From NCBI RefSeq assembly GCF_004010195.1, contig NC_057719.1, positions 19,100,198-19,141,590 on the forward strand: DNA of 41,393 nt, read 5' to 3'. Below are positions 23,170 to 34,419 of the stretch, piece by piece. Position 1 is the stretch's first letter. Each line of letters starts with the position of its first letter. This DNA comes from Chiloscyllium plagiosum. Its lineage: Eukaryota. Position numbers and translations under genes: made by a program. The notes beneath the pieces were generated by a model. It made no database searches and had not been told where the DNA came from. It saw nothing but the letters and a program-made list of their open reading frames with translations.

Positions 23170-23440
23170 ATTAGGACAGAGATGAGGAGAAACTTCTTCA
23201 CCCAGAGAGTGGTGGCTGTGTGGAATGCTCTGCCCCAGAGGGCAGTGGAGGCCCAGTCTCTGGATTAATTTAAGAAAGAGTTGGATAGAGCTCTCAAGCA
23301 TAGTGGAATCAAGGGTTATGGAGATAAGGCAGGAACAGGATACTGATTAAGAATGAATAGCCATGATCGTATTGAATGGTGGTGCAGGCTCGAAGTGCAG
23401 AATGGCCTATTCCTGCACCTATTGTCTATTGTCTATTGTC
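23170..23440 (+). mobile_element. CR1 3' fragment nested in the tRNA-headed LINE
   Basis: RTEMRRNFFTQRVVAVWNALPQRAVEAQSL and a (CTATTGT)3 tail. Confidence 0.92.
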
Positions 23441-25527
23441 AAACAGGCTGCTTTGTCCTGGCTGGTGTCAAGTTTCTTGAATATTGTTTGAGCTGCACTC
23501 ATCCAGACAAGTGAGGAGTAGTCCATCACACTTGTGCTTTGCAGATTATGAGCACTCTCTGGGGAATGGGGTGGGTTACTCACTACAGTTTTCCAAGCCT
23601 CTGACCTGCTCTTGTAGATGTTGTATTTATAAGGATAGTCCAGTTGAGTTTCTGGTCAATGCTTTCCTCCAGGATGTTGATAGGGGTGGAGGGGAGGGAG
23701 GGAATTCAAGATTCACAATAACATTGAATGTCAAGGGGTAATGTTTAGATTGTCTCTTTTTGGAGATGATCATTGCCTAGCATTTGTATGTCACAAATGT
23801 CAATTGGCACTTTTCATTTCAAACTGGGATATTGGTCGTTTTGCACTTGTACAGAGACTGCTTCAGCATAGGAGGAGTTGCAATTGGTGCTGAACATAGT
23901 GCAAACAGCAGCAAACAGGGAGGGAAGGTCATGGATGAAGCAGCTAAAGATGGGTGGACCTAGGAACTAGGAACGTTGAGGAACTGAGATGATGGACCTC
24001 AAATGATCATAGCCAGTTTCCTTTGTGCCAAGTGTGACTCAAGGGAGTTTTCTCCCGATTCCTATGACTCCAGTTTTGCTAGGGCTCCTTGATGCTACAC
24101 TCAGTCAAATGCAGTCTTGATGTCAACTGCTGTCACTTTTATCTCATCTAGAATTCAGCCCTTTAGCCCATATTTGAACTAAGGTTGTAATGAGGTCAGG
24201 AGCTCAGTGGACCTGGTAGAATCCAAACTGGGCAGCAGCAAAAAGATCATTGCTGAGGGGATGCAGCTTGATAGCACTGTTGATGACATTTTCCATCATT
24301 TACTGATGGGAGAGTAGACTAATAGTGTGGTAATTGACAGGATTGGCTTTATCTTGCTTTTTTTATGTACGGGACATACCTGGGCATTTTTTCACATTGT
24401 CAGCTAAATGCCAGTGCTGCAGCTACACTGGAACAGCTTGGCTAGGCTTGTGGCAAGTTCTGGAGCACAGGTCTTCAGTAATGTTACTGGAGTGTTTCAG
24501 GGCCGATAGCCTTTGCAGTATCCGGTGCCTCTACATGACACTTCTGGCTGAAGATTGCTGCGATGCTTCAGCCTTATCTTTTGCAAAGATGTGCTGGGCT
24601 CTCCTATCATTGAGGCTGGAGATATTTGTGGAGCCTCTTCCTCCACACAGTTGTTTAATTGTTCACCACTATACGTGGCTGGATGTGGCAAGACTACAGA
24701 GCTCAGATCTGATCCATTGGCTTTGAATCACTTAGCTTTGCATCATTTGCTTATTGTTTGGTATGAAAGTAGTCCCATTTTGTGGCTTCACCATGTTGAC
24801 ACATCATTTTTAGGTATACCTGCTACTGCTCCTGACATGCGCTCCTGCATTCTTCATTGATCCTTGAGGTAGATGTGGGATCTGCCAGGGCAAGAGGTTA
24901 AAGATTGAGTTGGAGTACAATTCTGCTGCTGCTGACATTCCATGTTGCCTCATCGATACCCAGTTTTATGTTGCTAGATCTCTTCTAAGAGTATGCCATT
25001 TAGCACAATGATGGTGTCACACTATATGATGGAGAATGTTCTCAATGTGAAGGCAGAGCTTTGTCTCCATAAGGAATATGTATTGGTCATCCTATCAATA
25101 TTATCATGGATATTTGCAACAGGTAAATTTGTGAGGATGAGGTCAAGTATGTTTTTAATTCTTATTGGCTCCCTCATCCCCTGCACCATTCCAGACTTGC
25201 AGCACTATCTTTTAGGGCTTGATCAGTTCAATTAGCAGTGGTGCTGTCAAAACATTCATTGTGGTAGAAACATTAGTCTCCCACTCAGAGTACATTTTGT
25301 GCCCTGGCCATCCTCAATGTTCCCTCAAAGCAGTGTTCTATGTGGAGGAACACTGGTTCATCAGCCAAAGATGGATGGGAATAAGCTTGAGACTCCATGG
25401 GATCCTGAGGACTCCAAAGGCAGGTCCCTCCTAACTGTCTACCTTTGTGCAACCACATCTGCTCAGGGATGGTGATGGTGATGTCTAGGACATTGTCTGC
25501 ACAGAATGATTCCATAAGTCTGACAAT

Positions 25528-26478
25528 TGTTACAATAGAGGGATAGCAAACCAGACCAAATCAGATTTGCCAACACTGGATATTGCAACACAGTGGAAGT
25601 AAAATATTCCATGGCCATGAAAATTGCCCAATTGTTCCTAACCAGACTTTATGAATGACCAATATAATTTTATAGCTCAAACAGGAATTGCCGATTTGTT
25701 ATTAATACTGGAAGTTTAGCGAAGTTTAAAAAAAGTAACCTAATTAATTTAACCCAATTTCTTCCATCATAACTTACACAGACAGATAAACAGACTGGCA
25801 GATACAGTTAAGGGATCATTTAAAAGAGAAGTAGAAAAGTTGTAACTGGCCTGTTCACTTAAGCAGCCTCACCGATAAATACCCGGCCTTTGGTAAAATT
25901 CCATGAACGACGTGTTGTATTACACATACGTGGGATTGTATCTCACTTGAATTCTGAAATCACTGGTCAATGCAAATAGCTTCTAGCAAGGTCCAAGAAA
26001 TATTCACTAATTTCTTATAAATTCAGATTATTTTCTCAGAATTTTCAAGAAGTCAATAACTGGACATAAACTGGAGAATAGCCAAAATTCTGTCCAGTAG
26101 CTTTCAGACGCACTGCCTTCTGCCTAATAAAAAATGACCAAAACCAATTCAATCTTTGTTTTCTCTTTCTTTATTTTACAAATTCACTTTGTTTCATTGG
26201 TTGGCAGTGATCTCCCTTTCAATGACCCTTTTAACGTCCAAGCAGCTGCCAATGCTTGAGTTAATGCATCTCAGATGCCAAGATATCTACAGTGTCTTAG
26301 GTCAGCAACTAGCCTGCAACTTTGCATATTAGTTCGCATTAATAAATATCAGTTTGAATGTCTTCCTTTTATTTCAAATCAAGCTGCTGCTCAAAATCCA
26401 AAATTCAACTCTTAACTTTAGCTCACAGTTCCAAACCAAAAATGGGAAAATAAAGAAGAAACAGTGATGGTCGCAGCA
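25528..26478. mobile_element. Solo LTR (951 bp) nested in the LINE endonuclease region
   Basis: Starts TGTTAC and ends GCAGCA (degenerate GTAACA). 4-bp TSD CAAT/CTAT (25524-25527, 26479-26482). LINE-like sequence resumes on both sides. Confidence 0.65.
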
Positions 26479-26996
26479 CTATATTTGGCTTTGACTTTCC
26501 TTGTTAATGTGGCAGCTCTCCCCATTTTGGAACAGTTTGCAGGGTTGATAGAGCGGTGTTTGACACTGAATATCTGGGACCTAGATCGATGCCAGGTGAT
26601 TGTCCACAATTTCATTACTTTTTGAGACTCCCTCGCCTTCTTATAACTTAGTGGCTTGCTAGGCCAGATCAGAGGGCAGCTAGAGTCAACCACATTGGTT
26701 TGGAGTTACGTGAGGGTGGCAGTTTCCTTCCTTAAGTAGTATCAACATAACCAGATTTTATTTTTCCAACAATTGGCAATGGTCGTCATTTGATTTGTAA
26801 TTCCAGTTTCCTTTTAATTAAATACAAATTTCGTTCTCTGTCATGGTGGGATTCAGGTCCCTTGAACATTAACTGGGTCTCGAGATTACTAGTCCAGTGA
26901 TAATAACACTGCACCATTGCCTTCCCAATGGTCGCAAAACCATTCGGTTTAATTAGTTGCTTGTTGCTGACAAAATTTCAGTTCATTACAATAAGT

Positions 26997-27118
26997 TTGA
27001 TAAGGTTCCCCATGGTAGACTACTGCAAAAATGTAGGTTAGGTGGGCTTGGATCGGCGCAACATCGAGGGCCGAAGGGCCTGTACTGCGCTGTATTGTTC
27101 TATGTTCTATGTTCTATG
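26997..27118 (+). mobile_element. Chimeric mini-CR1: RT-internal fragment joined to the 3' tail
   Basis: TTTGATAAGGTTCCCCATGGTAGACTACTGCAAAAA ([12 protein letters not shown]) directly precedes a tail nearly identical to 9522-9606. TSD TAAGT (26992-26996, 27119-27123). Confidence 0.85.
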
Positions 27119-27500
27119 TAAGTGTGATTTAAACTCATGGGACTTGTTTGTGGAGTCAGTCACTTCAGAATTGTTGTGTCTCACTATAGATATGCATTTT
27201 ATTTTTCAGGGGCATGGTCTTGAGTATATGACATGAACACACAAAGTAGATAGATTAGGTATTACCTAATGTATCTCTAAGTCAGAGCTGGTTTTATATA
27301 TATATATGAATAATATTATTTGTTACCGTAGTTAATATTAAGATTATTCTCCATTTGGAAGACAACTGAATAATTCCTCCAAATAGTTAATATCAGAAGT
27401 ATCCACTGATCACTCAGTAGTGAAAGGTTAATGCACACCAATGAATTCAAGTGGTATATTTCTTCTCGTATGCTTCTGAGATGTATGAATTCTCCCTCTT

Positions 27501-27810
27501 ATAGAGCCATAGAGGCATACAACATGGAAACAGACCCTTCAGTCCAACCCATTCATCCCAACCATGTTACCAAACTAAACTGAACCCACCTGCCTGTATT
27601 TGGCCCATATCCCTCCAAATCTTTCCTTTTCATAAACTTATCCAAATGTCTTTTAAACATTATAACTGTACCTTCATCCATCACTTCCTCTGGCAGTTCA
27701 TTCCACACACTAACCACTCTCTGAGTAAAAAAGTTACCCCTTTTTACAGCTTTCTCATCTTAAAAATATGCCCATTAGTGTAGAATTTCCCACCTTAGAG
27801 AAAAGACATT
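27501..27810 (-). mobile_element. CR1/HER1 3' fragment
   Basis: ATAGAGCCATAGAG...CATGGAAACAGACCCTTCAGTCCAACC tail. Homologous to 32417-32790. Confidence 0.88.
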
Positions 27811-27952
27811 TGTTGAGTAAAGTTGTGTTAATCATTGGTGTTTGACATCTGTGCTGGATATAGTCCTTCAACATTCATTTCTGCTCAGAAGTGGGAATAA
27901 TCTTGAACTCCTGTTCCAGATAACATTGGTTTCTGTATTATGAAACTATTAT

Positions 27953-28060
27953 GGCTCTTGTGATGCATTTGTAGCCTCTGAGCCAGCAGATCGAAGTTCT
28001 AGCCCCACCTCCTTCACTGTTGTGTTATAATATCTCTGAGCAATTTGATTAGAAAATATT
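27953..28060 (+). mobile_element. Degraded short tRNA-like SINE
   Basis: CCTCTGAGCCAGCAGATCGAAGTTCTAGCCCCACC resembles a B-box region. Very diverged. Confidence 0.35.
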
Positions 28061-29171
28061 TATTTTTAGATTACTCTCAGTATTCCTTTAATTTTGAGTG
28101 GCATTCTGCTTCTATCATGCAGAACAGTTATAGTTTCATTATCTTCACCCAAGTTTTTTTTTTCATTTTAGCAATAATATTCACCTAGTCTCAAGTTTAA
28201 AATGAGGTGGCTGATATTTAAGTGTCTGATCTGTGTTATACCTGTTTCAGAGTCATGTATAACTTCTAAGAATGATTCATATCTTCTAAAGCAGGTATAT
28301 CATCACAAAATGATATAATGTCTAATGAAAGTGTGTGTTCTGGGTTTTCTTCCAATGATACTCATTGAAAGATGTTAACCTTATTTTGTGCATTAGCAAT
28401 TTAATTTTGTAGTTTAATTATTGCTTTTGACTCTTGCATTTTTTTGGAAAAGTCTCACTTATTTTACAAGAGTTACATTGTAATGATAAAGCAAGACTTT
28501 GCTTCAGTTTATGTGGTATCATAACTCCACATCTGGAACAGTAATTTCTAGCATAGCAAGATTTAAAGATGTTTTGTGTTGGTCTACCCTGTGGTGCTTT
28601 TTGTACTCTTCAAATCTGATGAGTTTCATATGTTAGGTTGGCTACATTCTGGTGTTATTTCAGAATGTCAGCTTGAACTACCCACTGGATAGCTTTCTCC
28701 AATGTGAAATCATCTTTGTATTGCTGTATGTCTGAAAGAGATCAATTAGCAATTTTGTCGATAATTCAGACTTGGATTAGTTCTTACTGTAAACACAAAA
28801 TTCTGAAAACGTGTAAAGATCACTAAGGAAACTGTCAACAGATTTCCCTAAAAAGCTGTATTTTTCTGTTGAATCTTGCTCTCTCTATTTATGCTCGGTA
28901 CTAGATGTTAACTAATTGTCAAATGCTCTTGAAATATTACTAAAGACGTCTTCTCTTATGTTTTGTTTTAAAATATGATTTGAAAGCAAACCTACTCTGA
29001 CCCTTCTCTGGATTCCTTGTGTAATCCTGAAGTAATGCATGAATTGTCTCCTCCATAAAGTCAAGTTCAATCCCTCTCTGATGGATTTCTGGGTTTGAAT
29101 CAGAATAAAGGTGTAATATCTTTCTCCATTATAATTGTATTTTAAATGTGGTTTTGTCTCTTATAAAATCA

Positions 29172-30230
29172 AAGAGACATATAGAATGGGAACAGACCCT
29201 TTGGTCCAAACACTCTATGCTGACTATGTTCCCAAACCAAACTAGTCCCATCTGCCTATGCTGGCCCCACATCCCTCCAAACCTTTTCTATTCATGCACT
29301 TATCCAAATCTCTGTTAAGTGTTGTAACTGTATCTGCATCCAACACTACATCTGATAGTTCATTCCACACACGAACCACTTTCTGAGTAAAAAGGTTGCC
29401 CCTCATGCCCTTTCAAAATTTTTCTCCTCTCACAAGTACGCTCCCTAGTTTTGAACTCCCCACCCCAGAGAAAAGACCCTTCTCATTCATCATACCTATG
29501 CCCCTTGTGATTTTATAACCTCAATAATGTCACACCTCAACCTCCCATGTTCCAGTGAAAAAAGTCCCCCCAGCCTCTCCTTATAACTCAAACCCACCGT
29601 TCCCAGCAACATCCTGGCAAATGTTTTCTGAACCCTTTCCAGTTTAATAATATCCTTCCTATAACAGGTCTGCACACTACTCCAGAAGAGGCCTCATGGA
29701 CATCCTGGAAAATCTTAAATATGATGTCACAACTCTTGTACTCAAATGTCTGAGCAATAAGGCAAGCAGTCTAAATGGCTTCTTAACCACCCTGTCCACT
29801 TGTGGCACACATTTCAAAGAATTGTTTACCTGAACCCCAAGGTCGCTCTGTTCTATCCAGAGCCCTACCATTAATTGTATAAGTCCTGTTCTTATTTGTA
29901 TTACCAAAATGTAACATCTCTCATTTATCCAAAAGTTTAAAAATATTAAACTCCATCTGCCACTCCTCAGCCCATTGACCTAACTGATCTTTGTAATCTT
30001 AATTTGGAGGTGCCAGTGTTGGACTGGGATGCACAAAGGTAAAAATGACACAACACCAGGTTATAGTCCAACAGGTTTATTTGGAAGCACTAGCTTTTGG
30101 ACACCGCTCCTTCATCAGATGACTGATGGTGACCGAAAGCTCTGAAAGTTAGTGCTTCCAAATAAACCTGTTGGACTATAACCTGGTGTTGTGTGATTTT
30201 TAACTTTGTAATCTTAAATAACCTTCTTCA
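29172..30230 (-). mobile_element. CR1 LINE 3' fragment, interrupted by a Penelope-like insertion
   Basis: DLGVQVNNSLKCVPQVDRVVKKPF...RPLLE (ORF 29677-29907) and a HER1-type tail. Confidence 0.88.
30003..30203. mobile_element. Penelope-like insertion (family A), near-perfect hairpin
   Basis: ~65-bp inverted arms around a CATCAG-ATGA-CTGATG centre. Perfect 14-bp direct repeat CTTTGTAATCTTAA (29989-30002, 30204-30217). Degenerate hammerhead cores on both arms. Confidence 0.82.
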
Positions 30231-30231
30231 T

Positions 30232-30340
30232 CTAAAATGGCGGAGGTGGAGTAGCAGCATAGAGTGTGGGCTCCTCAGCCCAGAAGCCCATTGCTTATCT
30301 ACTCAGTTTGCCTTTACTATTTTCCTCATTTTCTGTTTTT
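30232..30340 (+). mobile_element. Probable LINE-type 5' head fragment
   Basis: AAAATGGCGG start followed by a CTTTACTATTTTCC T-rich tract. Similar to the minus-strand head at 34960-35072. Confidence 0.35.
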
Positions 30341-30552
30341 AAGGTCTTTCAATTAGTATATACACTATAGATAAGTTCAAATTCACTTACCTTCATTTTG
30401 AAGGCTTCAGCTGTGAGCTTCCCCTGAGTGGTCTTTCTCGATGTGTTGGTCTCTGCCTGCAGTGCGGTCTCCGTTTGGAGTGGTTGTACCAGTTTGTGAT
30501 CTTGGCAGCTGTCCAGTTTGAATCTAGACCTTCACTGAATGCTTCTATGATT

Positions 30553-31329
30553 ATAGATCATAGAACATCGAACATTGCAGCGCAGTACAGGCCCTTCGGC
30601 CTCGATGTTGCGCTGACCTGTGGAACCAATCTGAAGCCGATCTAACCTACACTATTCCATTTGCATCCACATGTTTATCCAATGACTATTTAAATTCCCT
30701 TAAAGTTGGTGAGTCTACTCCTGTTGCAGGTAGTGCATTCCACACCGCCAGTACTCTCTGAGTAAAGAAAATACCTCTGACATCTGTCCTGTATCTATTC
30801 ATCCCTCAATTTAAAGTTATGTCCCGTTGTGCTAGCCATCACCACCTAAGGAAAAAGGTTCTCACTGTCCACCCTTTCTAACACTCTGATTATCTTATAT
30901 GTCTCAATTAAGTCACCTGTCCATCTTCTCTCTAACAAAAACAGCCTCAAGTCCCTCAGCCTTTCCTGATAAGACTTTCCCTCCATACCAGGTAACATCC
31001 TAGTAAATCTCCTCTGAACCCTTTCCAAAGCTTCCACATCCTTTCTATAATAGTGACCAGAACTGTATACAAAACTCCAAATGTGGCCACACCAGAGTTT
31101 TGTACAGCTGCAGCATGACCTCGTGACTCTGAAATTCAATGTCTCTATCAATAAAAGCTAACACACCGAATGCCTTCTTAACAACCCTATCACCCTGGGT
31201 GGCAACTTTCAGGAATCTATGTACATGGAGACCAAGATCTTTCTGCTTATCTACACTACCAAGAATCTTACCATTAACCCAGTACTCTTTATTTCTGTTG
31301 CTCCTTCCAAAGTGAATCACCTCACACTT
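30553..31329 (-). mobile_element. CR1 LINE 3' fragment
   Basis: IHFGRSNRNKEYWVNGKILGSV..QKDLGLHVHRFLK and RKDVEALERVQRRFTRMLPGMEG. Same subfamily as 20803-21984. Confidence 0.94.
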
Positions 31330-32416
31330 GTAATTTGGGACATCTTAAGTGCATTCACCACCACTAATCTTTCCTTTTGGCATTAGTCTAAGTTACTAAT
31401 ACCATGTGTACAAAGATGCCTACATGAGCTCTCAGATAGGAGGCTCAGCATTGATAAACAATAATTGGGTTTATTACATATTACTCAATAGCTAGTTACA
31501 TAATATCCAAGATATATGATTTTTTCTTATGAAACATTGGGCTCAACCTAGGAGTAAGTACACATTCCTGCTTTATTTCCATGCCATTAATGCTAAGATG
31601 AATCACTGAAGCACTGGTAGAACAAATGGATAAAGCCTTGAAGTTTTCCAGTAACAAGTTGTATATACTGAAGGGCAAAGATGATCTTTTGATCACAATT
31701 AACGCTTTCAGATCCTAAATCCCTCTGACAGCAGTTGGCATCTTTTGGTATCTACTATCTTTACTAGAGTGTAGTACTGGGTCAGTGTGGTTTAATTGTG
31801 CTCACTGCCATCAGTTCACCATTGTCCTTGCTTTGTTTTGGTCCAAGTTAATGTCAGTGGTGGACAATATGCCACCAAAAACATCTGCTAAAGACACCCC
31901 GTTCTTAGATAAATCAGAAATTTATTGCATACAAGCAATCAGTGCTGCAACATGTGGCCAGGCACAATTCCTAAAAAATTCAAGAACCCGGTACAGGTAC
32001 ATCTACAACATCTGAAAGTCAGAGAAGGATTCCCTGTCTCCACCTATAGACTGTATGTGATAGCCATAGAATGGGTGGAACCAATGTAATATTACCATTC
32101 AACCCCTTCAGAACCATTACTTCATGCAACATCCTCCAGACTTTGCTGAGATATCTTGGATGCTACACACATGAAGCATTCTGCATTGTTAATACTTCCA
32201 ATGCTACTGTATGTTCAGGCACACACTATTTCTGCTCAAAAGGGTAAGCACCCTTTTTCTGGCTGTCTGCCAATGACACTCTATAGTTGACCTGCTAGGA
32301 GATGCAAAATAATGAGCTGAACTTCCTCCTATTCTGGTTTTTGTGTATGTTATGTCACAAGAACAAACCATTTAGCTTCATATGGTTCAGATTTGTCTTT
32401 GCTACAATTACTTACA

Positions 32417-33182
32417 GTCATAGAGTCATAGAGATGTACAGCATGGAAACAGACCCTTCGGTCCAACCCGTCCATGCCGACCAGATATCCCAACCCAATC
32501 TAGTCCCACCTGCCAGCACCCGGCCCATATCCCTCCAAACCCTTCCTATTAATATACCCATCCAAATGCCTCTTAAATGTTGCAATTGTACCACTTCCTC
32601 TGGCAGCTCATTCCATATACGTACCACCCGCTGTGTGAAAAGGTTGCTCCTTAGGTCTCTTTTATAGCTTTCCCCTCCTGTGTGAAAAGGTTGCTCCTTA
32701 GGTCTCTTTTATAGCTTTCCCCTCTCACCCTAAACCTATGCCTTCTAGTTCTGGACTCCCCGACCGCAGGGAAAATACTTTACCTATTTATCCTATCCAT
32801 GCCCCTCATAATTTTGTAAACATCTATAAGGTCACCCCTCAGCCTCCGACGCTCCAGGGAAAAAAGCCCCAGTCTTTTCAGCCTCTCCCTGTAGCTCAAA
32901 TCCTCCAATCCTCCTTGTAAATATTTTTGGAACCCTTTCAAGTTTCACAACATCTTTCTGATAGGAAGGAGACTAGAGTTGCAAGCAATATTCCAACAGT
33001 GGCCTAACAGCCGCAACATGACCTCCCAACTCCTGTACTCAATACTCTGACCAATAAAAGAAAGCATACCAAATGCCTTCTTCACTATCCTATCTACCTG
33101 CGACTCCACTTTCAAGGAGCTATGAACCTGCACTCCAAGGTCTCTTTGTTCAGCAACACTCCCTAGGACCTTACCATTAAGT
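32417..33182 (-). mobile_element. CR1/HER1 LINE 3' fragment
   Basis: QVHSSLKVESQVDRIVKKAFGMLSFIGQSIEYRSWEVMLRL and a (CTATGACT)n tail. Confidence 0.94.
32631..32724. repeat. Perfect 47-bp tandem duplication within CR1
   Basis: CTGTGTGAAAAGGTTGCTCCTTAGGTCTCTTTTATAGCTTTCCCCTC x2 (32631-32677, 32678-32724). Confidence 0.95.
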
Positions 33183-33341
33183 TGTTACATTCTCCACCTG
33201 ATTTTCTGACATGGAAATGTTGGCAAAGTATAAAAAATACTTCCTATATATCATTGCCCATTTACATTAGTTCACCCCCTCCACCTCTACTTTCACACCT
33301 GACCTCTCGACAATAGAGCAACTGAGGTCATAACTTCACTG

Positions 33342-33491
33342 TCGGCGAAAGTGAGGACTGCAGATGCTGGAGATTAGAGTCAAGATTAGAGTGGATTTCT
33401 GATGAAGGGCTCTTGCCTGAAACATTGATTTTCCTGCTCCTCTGATGCTGCCTGACCTGCTGTCCTTTTCCAGCACCGCTCTCATATTGAC
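33342..33491 (+). mobile_element. Penelope-like insertion (family B) with inverted head and hammerhead motif at 33395-33430
   Basis: ATTT-CTGATGA-AGGGC-TCTT-GCCT-GAAAC-ATT-GATT. GTCAAGATTAGAGTGG is inverted relative to CCGCTCTCATATTGAC. Confidence 0.75.
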
Positions 33492-34179
33492 CATAGATTT
33501 ATTGTATTGTAGTTCAATCAAAATGTGCTGAATACTTTTAATGAATGAATGACGGTTTACGAATAATGAAATTATAATTTACTTGTTGGGAAATAAGAAC
33601 AGTTCAAACAAATTTGCGTATTATCAGTTCTCAGAAGCATCTCAAAGTAATTCACACAGAATTGTTTATTTTGAATTAAGTCCATGTCATCAATTCCGAC
33701 ATCCCATGTAAACATGAGAAAACACTACCGACAAGGACAGGACTTCTACCTAATCAAACTGTGACTTTATACTTATATTAATAGAAATACATATTGAAAG
33801 ATGGTTAACTCTAGGGTCCAAATACCTGAATAACTGATGGTTATAGGCTTAATTCAGACTCATGTCACTTGAGTGCATGAAAAACAAATTTTCTTTTATT
33901 GAAATAGTCACTGTTGTTACTTCTATAATGCTGCCATATCTGCTGTATATATGATCTTTTAGATTAAGGCAATGTTATAACCATTGATATGTTATCACAT
34001 AAGATAATATAATTCCTTTCAAAGTTTAACTAAAAAGTAATTAATTCTGAGTCAATCATTTCCTATAACTGAAAAGGGGATCAGTGTCTATCTGGAGAGA
34101 GAACTTAAGGTTATAAATACATCAAGAAGTTGGCTTGAGTTACAAGGGAAATAAGATTGGCAGAGCACACTCCAGATAG

Positions 34180-34293
34180 ACATTGCAAAGGCAGTCAGAC
34201 CAGATAATCACCACAATCAATGCCAGCAATCTAGAGCCAAAGACCTAGCTGTTGTGCCGTAAGAAGTTCAATAACCTCAAGCAATTAGTCAAC
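34180..34293 (+). mobile_element. PIF/Harbinger Myb/SANT-like gene remnant
   Basis: TLQRQSDQIITTINASNLEPKT*LLCRKKFNNLKQLVN matches the trihelix pattern W..IA..VNA....RTW.QC.KKFNDL. Confidence 0.7.
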
Positions 34294-34419
34294 ATAATTG
34301 AATTAATCTTCAAATGCTATATCCGACCAACTGCAACACTGGACTCAGACAGTTCTCAATTTATCACATCCTCATCATTCATCTACCAATAACCTTTCTC
34401 AATCATTACTTAGTGATTT

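Larger units (their letters stand above)
22942..26921 (-). mobile_element. Decayed single-ORF EN+RT LINE (CR1/L2 group style) with a tRNA-like SINE head, carrying nested CR1 and solo LTR insertions
   Basis: Minus-strand order: tRNA-like head (26921-26640), APE endonuclease (ES...DNVLDITITIP, ARAQNVL*VGD), RT (VPQ...LGPPIFSCFIHDLPS, INIL...IDQKLNW, MDYSSLVWMSAAQTIFKKLDTSQDKAA), then tail CAAGGGCAAATAGGGATGGGCAATAAATG...GAATTTTTAAAAAA. Confidence 0.85.

Noticed and set aside
30455..30510. Homeodomain-helix-like KITNWYNHSKRR
   Set aside because: It lacks WF.N and helices 1-2, and the frame stops before the donor.
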